Part shown: positions 22,250-36,200 of the stretch, piece after piece
Numbering within the stretch: the first letter of the stretch is position 1
Layout: every line of letters begins with the position of its first letter
Origin: Squalus acanthias
Lineage: Eukaryota
Assembly: GCA_030390025.1 (NCBI GenBank)
Contig: JASTWF010000368.1
Location: forward strand, 372,001-436,000
Reading direction: 5' to 3'
Length of the DNA: 64,000 nt
Translations under genes and position numbers: made by a program
The notes under the pieces: generated by a model
Databases searched by the model: none
Seen by the model: only the letters and a program-made list of their open reading frames with translations
What the model was told of the DNA's origin: nothing

Positions 22250-22732
22250 ACCAGCCGTCAGTCTCACTCAGGAGAGGAGCGGGGGTGGGCAGCAGTTTGG
22301 AGGAGGGAGGGTGAAATCCTGGCTGGCAGGCACTGTGTGTGTGTGCGAGAGGGGAGTTTCCCTTTAAGAGGCGGCTGCTGGCGATGGTGGTGGAGTTTCC
22401 CTTTAAGAGGCGGCGGGGTGCTGTTCAGACTCCGAGGCAGCAGGTGGCGAGCGCTGCGGCTCCCGACAGCTGCTCCTGTTTAAAGGTCCGAGAAGCCGGA
22501 GCCGGCCGGGCCCCCATCTTACCGCCAGCCACACCTCTTCATTCCTGCGCTCCTTGATTCCCCCCCCAATCTCTCGCCATTTCCAAACTCCCTGAGTGTC
22601 GCTCCCCTTCTCCGCCCGTCGCTGCAGGCCCGAGGCCCGTCCCTCGCCTCGCTCAGCGCCCCACATCCCACCCCTTCCCCACTCTCTCTCCGAGCAGACG
22701 CTGCGATCGGCACCGGCACCCGCTCCCGCAGC
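22250..22732 (+). promoter_or_regulatory. PPP1CA: PPP1CA promoter / 5' UTR (GC- and CpG-rich)
   Basis: GC boxes, duplicated ggagtttccctttaagaggcggc (22353, 22392), TTTAAA at ~22479, immediately upstream of the ATG. Confidence 0.65.
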
Positions 22733-22787
22733 ATGGCCGAGGCCGAGAAGCTCAACATCGATTCCATCATCGCCAGGCTGCTAGAAG
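22733..22787 (+). CDS. PPP1CA: Protein phosphatase 1 catalytic subunit alpha, exon 1 (MAEAEKLNIDSIIARLLE)
   Basis: gcagcATGg start, G|GTAGG donor, 55 nt as in vertebrate PP1 genes. Confidence 0.92.
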
Positions 22788-22809
22788 GTAGGAGAAGGGA
22801 GGGAGAAGG

Positions 22810-24410
22810 GGCACATTCCCAACACACTCCCCCCAAACATTCCCAACACTCCCCCCCCCCAAACATTCCCAACACTCTCCCCAAAAAAACACTCCCAAAA
22901 CACTCCTTCAAAACACTCCCAAAACACTTCCCCCAAAAAACAAACACTTCCCCCAAAACACTCCCAACACACTCCCCCCCCCCCAACACTCCCCCCCCCC
23001 CCAAACACCCCCCCCCAAACACTCCCCCCACCCCCCCCCCCAAACACTCCCCCCCCCCCCCCCCCCCCCAACACTCCCCCCCCCCAAACACCCCCCCCCA
23101 AACACTCCCCCCACCCCCCCCCCAAACACTCCCCCCCCCCCCCCCCAACACTCCCCCCCCCCCCCCCCACCCAAACACTCCCCCCCCCCCCCCCCCCCCC
23201 CCAAACACCCCCCCCCCCCAAACACTCCCCCCCCCAAACACCCCCCCCCAAACACTCCCCCCACCCCCCCCCCCAACACTCCCCCCCCCCCCCCCCCCAC
23301 CCAAACACTCCCCCCCCCCCCCCCCCCAAACACCCCCCCCCCCCAAACACTCCCCCCCCCCAAACACTCCCCCCCCAAACACTCCCCCCCCCAAACACTC
23401 CCCCCCCCCCCAAACACTCCCCCCCCCAAACACTCCCCCCCCCCCCAAACACTCCCCCCCCCAAACACTCCCCCCCCCCCCCCCCAAACACTCCCCCCCC
23501 CAAACACTCCCCCCCCCCCCCCCAAACACTCCCCCCCCCAAACACTCCCCCCACCCCCCCCAAACACTCCCCCCCCCCCAAACACTCCCCCCACCCCCCC
23601 CCCCCCAAACACTCCCCCCACCCCCCCCCCCAAACACTCCCCCCACCCCCCCCCCAAACACTCCCCCCCCCCCCAAACACCCCCCCCCAAACACTCCCCC
23701 CACCCCCCCCCAAACACACCCCACCCCCAAACACTCCCCCCACCCCCCCCCCCCCAAACACCCCCCCCCCCAAACACTCCCCCCACCCCCCCCCAAACAC
23801 TCCCCCCCCCCAAACACTCCCCCCACCCCCCCCCAAACACTCCCCCCCCCCCAAACACTCCCCCCCCCAAACACTCCCCCCCCCCCCAAACACTCCCCCC
23901 CCCAAACACTCCCCCCCCCCCCCCAAACACCCCCCCCCCCCAAAACACCCCCCCCCCCCCCAAACACCCCCCCCCCCCCAAACACTCCCCCCAAACACTC
24001 CCCCCCCCCCCCAAACACACCCCCCCCCCCCCCCCAAACACCCCCCCCCCCCAAACACCCCCCCCCCAAACACTCCCCCCAAACACTCCCCCCCCCAAAC
24101 ACTCCCCCCCCCCCCCCACCCAAACACTCCCCCCCCCCCCCCCCACCCAAACACTCCCCCCCCCCCCCCCCACCCAAACACTCCCCCCCCCCCCCCCAAC
24201 CACCCACCCAAACACTCCCCCCCCCCCCCCCCCAACCACCCACCCAAACACTCCCCCCCCCCCCCCCCCACCCACCCAAACACTCTCCCCCCCCCCCCCC
24301 CCCCCAACACTCTCCCCCCCCCCCCCCACCCACCCAAACACTCCCCCCCCCCCCCCCCCCACACCCAAACACACCCCCCCCCCACCCCCACCCAACACTC
24401 CCCACCCCCT
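22810..24410. repeat. Extreme C-rich low-complexity array (C5-20-AAACACT)n in PPP1CA intron 1
   Basis: Essentially no G on the plus strand over 1.6 kb. Confidence 0.95.
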
Positions 24411-24514
24411 GTGTCTCTGCCTGTCTGTATGTCTGTGTGTCTCTCTCGACAGTGTGGCCCTGTCACTAAGCGACTGACTGACCCCTCAATAGTGCGGCCC
24501 TGTCGATGTGTGAC

Positions 24515-25085
24515 ACGGCCTTGGTGAGACCACACCTGGAGTACTGTGCGCAGTTTTGGTCTCCTTACCTAAGAAAGGATATACTTGCCATAGAGGGAGT
24601 GCAGCGAAGGTTCACTAGACTGATTCCTGGGATGGCAGGACTGTCGTATGAGGAGAGATTGGGTCGACTAGGCCGGTATTCACTAAAGTTTAGAAGAATG
24701 AGAGGGGATCTCATTGAAACGTATAAAATTCTGACAGGGCTAGACAGACTGGATGCAGGGAGGATGTTTCCCCTGGCTGGGGAGTCTAGAACGAGGGTTC
24801 ACAGTCTCAGGATACAGGGTAGGACATTTAGGACTGAGATGAGGATTTATTTCTTCACTCAGAGGGTGGTGCACCTGTGGAATTCTCTACCACAGAAGGC
24901 TGTGGAGGCCAAGTCACAATGTATTTAAGAAGGAGATGGATAGATTTCTAGACACAAAAGGCATCAAGGGGTATGGGGAGAGAGCGGGAATATGGTATTG
25001 CGATAGAGGATCAGCCATGATCACATTGAATGGCGGAGAAGGGCCGAATGGCCTACTCCTGCTCCTATTCTCTATGTTTCTATGT
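24515..25085 (+). mobile_element. CR1-type LINE 3' fragment inserted in a degenerate ~35-bp repeat (gatagtgcggccctgtcactgtg...)
   Basis: ALVRPHLEYCAQFWSPYLRKDILAIEGVQRRFTRLIPG; CR1 tail. Confidence 0.9.
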
Positions 25086-25383
25086 GTCACTGTGACTGAT
25101 TGATTGACCCCTTGATCGTGCAGCCCTGTCACACTGACTGATTGTCCCTCGATAGGGTGGCCCTGTCACTGTGCAACTGATTGACCGCTCGATAGTGCGG
25201 CCCTGTCACTGTGCTGACCCCTCGATAGTGCGGCCCTGTCACTGTGTGACTGACCCCTCGAATAGTGCGGCCCTGTCACTGTGCTGACCCCTCGATAGTG
25301 CGGCCCTGTCACTGTGTGACTGACCCCTCGAATAGCCACTATTGTGCTTAGGCTTGCAAAAGTATTTTGCGATCCTTTTTTGA

Positions 25384-25578
<195 letters not shown>

Positions 25579-25842
25579 TGATCTACTTGAAAATACAGCG
25601 TCCGGCGTAGAGTCTAAATCTACTCCTGGTCTTGGAATCCCAGATCTAACTATGTACGGGAGTGGGAATGTGCTCCTGGTTGATTTCTCTCTGTCTGTCT
25701 CTCTCTCTCTCTCTCTGCCTGTCTATCTCTCTCTCTCTCTCTGCCTGTCTATCTCTCTCTCTCTCTCTGCCTGCCTGTCTATCTCTCTCTCTCTCTCTGC
25801 CTGTCTCTCTCTCTCTCTCTCTCTCTCTGCCTGTCTGTCTCA

Positions 25843-28800
25843 GAGTCAGAGTTATACAGCACAGAAAGAGGCCCTTCGGCCCATCGTGTCCGCGCCGGCC
25901 ATCAAGCCCTGTCTATTCTAATCCCATTTTCCAGCACTTGGTCCGTAGCCTTGTATGCTATGGCGTTTCAAGTGCTCATCTAAATGCTTCTTGAATGTTG
26001 AGGGTTCCTGCCTCTACCACCCTTTCAGGCAGTGAGTTCCAGATTCCAACCACCCTCTGGGTGAAAAAATGTTTCCTCAAATCCCCTCTAAACCTCCTGC
26101 CCCTTACCTTGAAACTATGCCCCCTGGTTAGTGACCCCTCTACCAAGGGGAAAAGTTCCTTTCTATCTACCCTATCTATGCCCCTCATAATTTTGTACGC
26201 CTCAATCAGGTTCCCCCCTCAGCCTTCTCTGCTCGAAGGAAAATAACCCCAGCCTGTCCAGAGTCTCTTCATAGCTGAAGCGCTCCAGCCCAGGTAACAT
26301 CCTGATGAATCTCCTCTGCACCCTCGCCAATGCAATCACATCCTTCCTATAGTGTGGCGACCAGAACTGCACACAGTATTCCAGCTGTGGCCTAACTAGC
26401 GTTTTGCACAGCTCCATCATAACCTCCCTGCTCTTATATTCTATGCCTCGGCTAATGAAGGCAAGTATCCCATATGCCATTTTAACCACCTTATCTACCT
26501 GTCCTGCTGCCTTCAGGGATCTATATACATGCACACCAAGGTTCCTCTGTCCTTCCTAGAGTCCTACCACTCATTGTGTATACCCTTGCCTTGTTAGTCC
26601 TCCCAAAATGCATCACCTCACACTTTTCAGGGTTAAATTCCATTTGCCACTGTTCTGCCCATCTAACCATCCCGTCTATCGTCCTGTAGCCTGAGGCTTC
26701 CCTCTTCGCTATTTACCACTCCACCAATTTTCATGTCATCTGCGAACTTGCTGATCATACCTCCTTCATTCATATCTAAATCATTAATGTACACTACAAA
26801 CAGCAAAGGACCCAGCACCGATCCCTGTGGTACACCACTGACACAGGCTTCCAGTCACAAAAACAACCTTCGACCATCACCCTCTGCCTCCTGCCACTAA
26901 GCCAATTTTGGATCCAATGTGCCAAGTTGCCCTGGATCCCATGGGCTCTTACCTTCTTGACCAGTCTCCCATGCGCGACTTTGTCAAAAGCTTTACTGAA
27001 GTCCATGTAGACTACATCAACTGCACTACCCTCATCCACACACCTAGTCACCCCCTCTCAAAATTCAATCAAATTGGTCAGACACGATCTCCCCCTGACA
27101 AAGCCATGCTGACTATCCTTGATTAATCCCTGCCTCTCCAAGTGGAGACTAATTCTGTCCCTCAGAATTTTTTCCAATAATTTCCCTACCACTGATGTTA
27201 GGCTCACTGGCCTGTAATTCCCTTGTTTATCCCTACTACCCTTCCTGAACAATGGTACTACGTTAGCTGTTCTCCAGTCCTCTGGCACCTCCCCTGTAGC
27301 CAGAGAGGTTCTGAAAATTTGTGTCAGAGCCCCTGCAATCTCCTCCCTTGCCTCACAGCAGCCTGGGATACATCCCATCAGGGCATGGGGATTTATCCAC
27401 TTTTAAGCCCGCTAAAACCGCTAGTACCTCCTCCATCTCAATACTAATTTGTTCAAGTATATCACAATCCCCCTGCCTGATTTCTATGCCTACATCGTCC
27501 TTCTCCTTAGTGAACACAGATGCAAAATATTCATTTAAAACCTCACCTACATCTTCCGGCTCGACACACAGATTGCCACTTTGGTCCCTAATGGGCCCTA
27601 CTCTTTCCCTGGTTATCCTCTTGCCCATAATATACTTATAAAACACCTTGGGATTTTCCTTTATTTTGCCCGCCAGTGTTTTTTCATGCCCCCTCTTCGC
27701 TCTCCTAATTTCTTTAAGTACCCCCCTGCACTTTCTATACTTCTAGGGCTTCCACTGTTTTTAGTCTTTTGTATCTGCCAAAAGCCTCCCTTTTTTTGCT
27801 AATCCATTCTTGTATATCCCTTGACATCCAGGGTTCCCTGGGTTTGTTGGTCCCACCCTTGACATTTACGGGAACGTGTTGGCGTTGTACTCTTTCTATT
27901 TCCTTTCTGAAAGACTCCCACTGCTCTGATGTAGATTTTCTTACAAGTAGCTGATCCCAGTCCACTTTAGCCAGATCCTGCCTTATCATATTAAAATCGG
28001 CCTTCCCCCAATTTAGAACCTTTATTTCCGGTCCATCTTTGTCCTTTTCCATGACTACCTTAAATCTCCCCGAATTATGGTCATTGTCACCAAAATGCTC
28101 TCCTGACATTTCTACCACTTGCCTGACTACATTCCCTAGAATTAGGTCCAGAACCGCCCCCTCTTGTAGGACTTTCTACATACTGGCTCAAAAAGCTCTC
28201 CGCACCCTCTAAGCCTTTCACACTCTGACTATCCCAGTTAATATTGGGGAAGTTGAAATCCCCTACTATTATTACCCTATTATTTCTACACTTCTCTGAC
28301 ATTTGCCCACATATCTGTTCCTCTATCTCCCCTGACTGGGGGCCTATAGTACACTCCCAGCAAAGTGCTTGCCCCCTTTTTGTTTTTAAGTTCTACCCAT
28401 ATGGCCTCATTAGAGGAACCTGCTAAGATGATATCCCTCCTTACAGCAGTAATTGACTCCTTGGTGAATATTGCGACACCCCCTCCTCTTTTACACCCCC
28501 CTCTGTCTCGCCTGAAAATTCTATACCCCGCAATATTGAGCTGTCAGTCCTGCCCCTCCCTCAACCATGTCTCTGTGATAGCAACAATATCATACTCCCA
28601 TGTGTTCATCAACACCTTCAATTCATCTGACTTACTCGCAAGACTCCTTGCATTAAAATAAATGCCATCCAGCCTTGCCATACTCCCTTGTGCTGTTACA
28701 TATTTGCTCTGCCTTCCAGGCTGACTTGTTTTTTCCTCTATATTTGGCTGTGCATCACCCCCTACTATAGCTCCACTCTGTATCCCATCCCCCTGCCAAG

Positions 28801-30120
28801 TTAGTTTAAACCCCCCCACAGCACTAGCAAAGCTCCCCGCAAGGATGTTGGTCCCGTTCCGGTTCAGGTGCAACCCGTCCGACTTGTACAGGTCCTACCT
28901 TCCCCAGAAGCAGACCCAGTGATCCAGGAAACTAAAGCCCTCCCTCCTGCACCAACTCTTTAGCCACGCGTTCATCTGCTCTATCCTCCTATTCCTATAC
29001 TCATTAGCACGTGGCACCGGGAGTAATCCAGAGATTACAACCTTTGAGGTCCTGCTTTTTAATCCACTACCTAAATTCTTGTTGCAGGACCTCATCCCTC
29101 TTTCTACCCATGTCGTTGGTGCCAATGTGAACCATGACCTCTGACTGTTCGCCCTCCCCCTGCAGAATGCCCTGCAGCCGTTCAGTGACATCCTTGACCC
29201 TGGCACCAGGGAGGCAACATACCATCCTGGAGCACGTCTGCGGCCACAGAAACATCTATCTGTTCCCCTTACGATAGAATCCCCTATCACTATTGCTCTC
29301 CCACTCTTTTTCCTCCCCTCCTGTGCAGCTGAGCCACTCGTAGTGCCACGGACTTGGCTCTTGCTGCATTCCCCTGAGAAACCATCAGTATCCAAAATGG
29401 AAAATCTGTCAGAGGGAGATGGACCCAGGGGACTCCTGCACTACCTTCCTAGTTCTTTTACTCTGTCTGGCGGTCACCCATTTCCTGTCTGCCTGTGCAC
29501 TCTTTACCTGCGGTGTGACCACCTCGTTAAACGTGCTATCCACGAAGATCTCCGCTTCGCGGATGCTCCACAGTGACTCCAGCCGCGGCTCCAGCTCCAG
29601 CTCCGAAATGTGGATTTCGAGTAGCTGCAGCTGGAGACACTTCCTGCACATGTGTTCGTCCTGGACACCGAAAGTGTCCCTGACTTCCCACATAGCACAG
29701 GAGGATCACTCCACGCAGCCGAGCTGCCCTGCCATGTCCTACCCTTAATTTACTCCCTTTACTTCCTTTAAATTAAAGAATATTAAATACACTAGGGACC
29801 TTACTTCTCTTTAAACACGACCTACTCTAAACTAGAGACCTTACTTTGACTTTAACGACTGGACTGTAGAAATACTCACCAGGTCCGACTTACCAATCAG
29901 CTCCTTCCCTGGTTGCGATGTCACTTTAGCGGTTTCGCAGTTGTGGTTGTTTGACTGCTCCCGCTCTCGGACTCTTTCCTTGGTGTAAAGTAAGAACCAA
30001 TTCCTACAGGGTGAAAAGTTAGGAAAAACAAAGGCGAAGCAAGGGAGCTCCTCCTTCCACTCCTCACCTGACTCACCCAACTCTCGGCACTCTGTTTAAA
30101 CCGCACTGAGTGCAAAATCG
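25843..30120 (-). mobile_element. Near full-length CR1 LINE (ORF1 Zn-finger/coiled-coil + SGNH esterase; ORF2 APE endonuclease + RT), decayed by frameshifts
   Basis: ORF1 from ~29734: CSSCAMWE...CRKC, VIGDSIVRG, CCLPGARVKDV, HIGTND, HLNRNG; ORF2: YFNARS, ITETW, GDFNFP, NYRPVSLTSVVGK, YMDFSKAFDKV, FADD; CR1 3' tail at ~25850. Confidence 0.93.
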
Positions 30121-30131
30121 CACTGCAAAGC

Positions 30132-30245
30132 CTGTTTTTATAGGCCCTGAAACAAAGGAGCTTGCTGGGGTCTGCTGCAGGAGAACCAGTTTAACTAGTT
30201 TCCCTAATTAACTGCCTTCAGCTGCTCTGAATTGTAGGCCTTGTA
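30132..30245 (-). repeat. 114-bp direct repeat copy 1 (ends in TATAAAAA on the minus strand) at the Tx1 3' end / CR1 5' end
   Basis: Matches 37231-37345 with 1 substitution and 1 indel. Confidence 0.92.
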
Positions 30246-30249
30246 CTCG

Positions 30250-33200
30250 AGTAAACATAAAACTACTGTAACTTAACAAAACTTCAAATAAAACTTATCA
30301 CATTAAATTAAAATTTGGTTGCCCGGGGAGACGATGCACTCCAGTCCCTGTGGCGCCCACCGGTCTCGGAAGGCTTCAAGTGTACCGGCAGACACCGCGT
30401 GCTCCATCTCCAGGGCCACCCGGGCGCGAACATAGCCGCGGAAGAGAGGCAGGCAATTGGGCCGGACGACCCCCTCGACCGCCCGCTGCCTGGACCTGTT
30501 AATGGCCACTTTGGCCAGGCCCAGGAGCGGTCCTACGAGGAGGTCCTCCGACCTGCCCTCTCCCCTCCGCACCGTGTGACCGTAGATCAGGAGCGTGGGA
30601 CTGAAGTGCAACCAAAAATCGAGGCGCAGCCCCTTCAAATATTCAAAGAGGGGCTGCAACCTCTCACATTGTCCGTACACGTGAACACGGACTCCTCGAG
30701 GCCGCAAAAAAGACAGGAGGCCTGGGAGTCCGTGAACCTACTTAAAAGCTGAATGCACGGGACTGCTCCGTGCAACACCCTCCAGGCCAAGTCCCCAATA
30801 GAAAAGGGGAGGACTCCCGCGTAGAGAGCCCTCCATTGGGGACCTTCGCCTCCGCCGGACGGCAAGATGGCACGCCAAGGCGTGTCCGGACAGCAGGCGA
30901 AGATGACAAAGTGGAGACTGTGCAGGAGCAGCCCGTACAGGAAACCCCTCCGTGCAGAACTAAAAGGCACGGAGGGCATTTCCCCGAGACGGCTCAAGTT
31001 GTGAGGCGCCGGTTCCCGAGAGGGGTTTCGGGGCCGCGCACCGATGAGGAATTCCGTCCGAACGGACGTCAGTTCGGACGGGATCGCCCCACGTGCTTGA
31101 GCCTCCTCGATACACCTAGTGGAGTCGGGGCCCAGTGCCACTTTCAGCAACTCGATGGCTTTGGCCGCGCGCCAGACGTCGACCCAGGTGAGGCGCCGCG
31201 CCAACTCTGCCGGCGCCATCCAGCAGGTCCCTGACTCTGGTCACCTTGCCAGGCACAGCCCTGCCCTCCGCCAGCCACCCGATCCGTCGGACGTGGAGGT
31301 GCGGATTCCTGAGCAGCGGCTCCCGAAGGAGAGCCACCACTCCTGATGGGGGGAGAACTCTGCCTGGGGGCGACCTGGTTCCAGACCCATAGCAGTTCCT
31401 GGTAGAAGACAGGCAGCTCCCACAGGTAGGCACGCGTGCGGCCCAATTCCACAAACAGGAGCTGCGTGTCGTAGTTGAGGCCGTGCATCTGCCGGAAGAA
31501 ATACGTCGCCAGCGCACACCATCTGGGAGGATTCTCGACGTAAAGGTACCTCTGCAGCATCTGAAGACGGAAAGTCGCCGCCTGGGTGCGAAGGCACACC
31601 AGCGCCTGACCGCCCTCCCTAAGCGGGAGACACAGAACCGTGACAGAGACCCAGTGCTTCCTTTTGTCCCAGAAGAAGTCGATGAGCTTCTTCTGTATCT
31701 TGGCGACAAACGCAGGGGGGAGGGATCAAAGTGACCAACCGGTATCACAACATGGCGGCCACCAGCTGGTTTATGACCAGCGGTCGATCCCTGTAGGACA
31801 ACACTCGGAGCAACCCCGTCCAGCGCCCTAGGCGAGCGGTGACTTTGGCCTCCAGCTCTTGCCAGTTCGCCGGCCAGGTGTCCTCGGCAGGGCCAAGGTA
31901 GACTCCCAAGTAGAGGAGGTGCGTTGTGCTCCAGGCGAAGGGCCTGAACTCCTCCGGCAGGGAGTCCACCCGCCACTGGCCCACCAGGAGTCCAGAACAT
32001 TTCTCCCAGTTGATCCTGGCGGAGGATGCGTCCGAGTAAATCTGCTGGCATTCTCGCATCCTCCGCAGGTCGACGGGATCCGTGACCATGAGGAGCACGT
32101 CATCGGCGTAAGCCGAGAGGACGACCTCCACGCCCGGCCCTTGCAGAGCCAGTCCCGTCAACCTCTTCCGCAAGAGGCGCAGGAAACGCTCCACGCAAAC
32201 GGCATATAACTGACCGGACATGGGGCATCCCTGACGCACCCCCCTCCCGAAGTGAAGGGGCGCCGTCAAAGACCCGTTAACTTTAATCAAGACACTCCGC
32301 GGCGGCGTACAGAAGTCGGATCCGGGCGCCGAAATGCGTCCCGAACCCGAATGCGCGCAGAGTCCCGAAAAGATACTCGTGATCCACCCTGGCGAACGCC
32401 TTCTCCTGGTCCAGGGAAAGGAAGGCGACCGACAGACCAGCCCTCTGGGAAAGGTGGACCAGGTTCCGGACCAGATGGATGTTGTCGTGCATTGTCCGGC
32501 CCGGGACCGTGTAGGACTGGTCGGGGTGGATCATGTGGGCCAGCACGGTGCCGAGGCGGGCAGACATGGCCCTGGCAAAAAATTTATAGTCCGTGCTGAG
32601 GAGGGAGACCGGGCGGCAGTTATTTAAAAGGCGGAGATCACCCCTCTTGGGCAGCAGGACGATGACCGCCCTGCGCCAAGAGAGGGGCATCTCCCCGGTC
32701 GCCAGACTTGCCCCCAGGACCCGCGCGTAGTCGTCCCCCAAGACGTCCCAGAACGCCCTGTGGAACTCCACGGTCAGCCCGTCCAGCCCCGGGGACTTTC
32801 CCCTCGAGAGCTGGCTGAGGGTGCCGGTCAGCTCCGCCAAGCTTAGCGGAGCGTCCAATTCTTTGGCGCCCTCTGGGCCGACCTTCGGCAGGTCCTCCCA
32901 CAAAACTCTGCGCGCATCCTCGCTGGACGGATCCGGAGAGAACAGAGCCCCGTAATAGGCCCGGGTCTCCGCGCTGATCCCCTCCGGATCCGAGACCAGA
33001 GATCCGTCGTCGGCCAGCAGCCCCAAGAGCTGCTTACGGACCCCCCCGTCTTTTTTCCAGCGAGTAGAAGGGGGAGCCGCGGTCCAGTTCCCGGAGGAAC
33101 TGGATCCGCGACCTCACGTACGCGCCTCGAGACCCGACGAGCTGCAGGTCCTTCAGCGCACCCTTCTTCTCTTCGTACACCTTCCGCAGGGCCGGGTCTT

Positions 33201-36200
33201 CGACGACCTGACCGAGACGGGACTCCAGGTCGAGCGCCGCCAGACCCGGGCCTCCCGCCTCTTGGTCGACCCCCTCGCGTACTCTTGACAGAAGAGACGG
33301 TCATGAGCCTTGCCCACGTCCCACCATAGCCTCAAGGAGGGGAAGCCTCCCTGCTTCCTTCTCCAGTTGGCCCAGAACCGACTAAACGAATCCTGGAACC
33401 GCACGTCCTCCAGCAGCAGGTTGTTAAAATGCCAGTACGCGGACACCCCCCCCCCCCCCCCCCCACCCCCCACCCCCACCCCGGCGCACGCAACGGAGCG
33501 AGCTCCGCCCACACCAGGTGGTGGTCCGTGCACGGCACCGGCCGCACGGAAGCCGCCGGAACGCAGGAGACGTACGCCCGGGAAATATAAAGGCGGTCGA
33601 TTCTGGTCCTTCCTCCTCCAGACCCCACCCAAGTGAAGGCGCTGGAGTCGGGATGGAGATTTCGCCAGACGTCCACCAAGTCGAAGGACCCGACCAGGTC
33701 CCTCAACTTCACCGTCGCCGCCAGGCTTCGCGGAGGACCCGAACGGTCCCGCGCCTCGAGGGTACAATTGAAATCCCCCCCGAGGATGACGCACTCGCCC
33801 ACGTCGATGGAGCCCAGAAGAGCGGACACTTCTTCGAAGAAGCGCACTTGCTGCGCACCGGCCTGGGGGGCGTACACGTTCACTAAATGGAGCGGCATGC
33901 CCCCCCAGGCGAACAGTGACCTGGAGCAAGCGGCCCGGCACATGCTCCTTGACCCCCAAGATCTCCGACTGAAAATGCGGGGCCAGCAAGATAGCCACCC
34001 CGCCGGAAATGTTGGAGAGGTGACTCATGCTGACCCCTCCTCGCCACTCCAGGAGCCACGTGGCCTCGTCTCCCGGAACGGTGTGAGTTTCCTGCAGGAA
34101 GCACACCGCATGCCTCCCTTCCCGAAGGGCCGAGAAGTTATTAAATCTACGTCGTGCCTCTCTGCTGCCGTTGATGTTGAGGCTGGCTATGGTTATCTTC
34201 ACGACAAGAGCATAGTGCAACCTCTACCTAACCCTAACGGGAGGATGGAGCGCGGCAGCTAGTCGACCGCCACTCCCTTCTCAGCCCAGCGAGGAACTTC
34301 CGGATCCGACGCCACTCGGCCGCGCCCATGGTTTTGATGGCGGTGCGGACGGAGCAAACGAGCAGCGCCAGATCCGACCATTTATCAATGGCCAGCCGGA
34401 TTATATCCTGGCGACCCTGGCCCATGGCCACAAAGTCCCGGAGTTCCACACTGGGGATGAGGGGGGACCTGGAGGGGGGGCACGAGGGTATCCGCCGCCT
34501 CGCTGGCGACGGATTCCATGTCATCCTCAGTGTCCTCCGCCGGGTCCCCGTCCTCCTCCGGGGGGTCGCCGTCAGCTGGCCCTACCTCTGCCCCGATCCC
34601 ACCCCCAGGATCGGCGGCAGAGGAGTCCTCCCTGGGCTCCTCCAGAGGCGCCGGGTCAGGAAGCGGCGGCGGCTCGGGGCCCCCCTCCGCCCCCGGGTGC
34701 ATGGGGAAACCGGGGAGTACATTAATGCCAGTACCCCCAACACCCCCAGCGCCAGCGTCGGAGACGGTGTCAAGGGGCCTTCCCCTTCACCGCCACCATC
34801 CTCCGACCCAGCGGACCGGGGACCTTGATTAAGTTGCTCCACCAGGTCGAGCAGCACCTGGGAGTAGTCCTGACCGTATACGGCGGGCTCAGCCTCATCG
34901 GCCTCGCCCGCCCCGGTCCCCAGGACGCCCGACCTAGCAAGAAACAATGGTTCGATATAATTTCCTCCCGCGGGTAGTTCCGCGGCGCCCCCCCCACGAG
35001 CAGGGTCTCTTCCCCATCCCCGGGAGGCACAGGCTGGACAGACTCATCTGTCGTACCCTCCCGAGGGACAGGCGAACCCTGCCGGATGTCGGTGATGGTG
35101 CGGGGGGGCGCAGCTCCCGCAGTGAGTGACGACGCCCCTTGCGAGGGGGGGACCCTGTTCCTCGCGGTCCTCCTCCTCCTTCTCCAGGGCGTCGCACCTC
35201 CTTTTCAACGTGGAGGGACACGGAGGTTGGGAGACCTCCACCTCCGCTCCCCCCTGTCGATCGGGTCTCTCGGGCCCAGGCCCGGCCGCAGGTCTTGATT
35301 TTGCTGCCTCGGCGGTTGCGGCCACAGGCCCGGGCACGAGGCCCCTCGAACTCCGCCACCACCTGCGCAAGGTACGGGGGCGTAAGCTCGGGTAAATCAT
35401 TGTGAACGTCAAGGGGACCCGCCTGAAGGTGTTTGGTTTTCCTCCGCGCCTTCCTTCCGATCGGACGCTCCCCCTCCCCTCCGCCGGAGGCCGCGACGGC
35501 GTTGACCTCCGGCGTCGACTGCGCATCGGGTGTCGCGGACGCGCGGACAGAAACAGGGGGAGGAGCGGCGGCGGCGCCAGCCTTGGCCGCCTCAGATGTT
35601 TTGGCGGCCTTGGAGGCGGGGCAGTTCTTATGTGCCCCACCTCCTTACAGGCGTGGCACCGCACACCGTCCGACGTCCAGAAGACGCGGTAGGCGATCCC
35701 CTCGTGTTGGACGACAAACGCGCCCTCTGCGTCCTCCTCCCGCACCAGCTGGATAAACAGCTGGCGCCGGAAGGAGAAGACGTGCCGGAGGCTGGCCTCC
35801 CTGCAGCCGAGCGGGATCGGATTAATCCCCGACCTCACCTCCCCCAGTTGACGTAGGTGGGGGAGGAGGAGCTGCTCAACCGGAACAAAGGGCGGGATGT
35901 TTGAAAGGACGAGTCGCTGCGCGGTGGCCTCGAGCGGATCCACCGGCAGGAAGGTCCCGCCCACGGTGAGCCCCTCGGTGACGGCCAGGGACACCGCCTG
36001 CTCCGACACCAGGAAGAACACAGCCTTGCCGTACATTTTAGAGGCCGCTACGATGGCGGAGGGGCCGACTACCCCAGCCATGGCTTTAACGCAAGCCTCT
36101 ATGGTCATGTTGGGGGCGAGTGTAGCTCATCACCCCCAGCTTTTTCGTCAGTAACCTGAAAGGCGACGGGGCAGCGGGACTGGCTGTGGCCGCCACACCC

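Noticed and set aside
22733..24469. 578-aa proline-rich ORF starting at the PPP1CA ATG, and the poly-Gly ORFs on the opposite strand
   Set aside because: Read-through of the exon 1 donor into a C/A-only repeat that can hardly contain stop codons; not evidence of a protein
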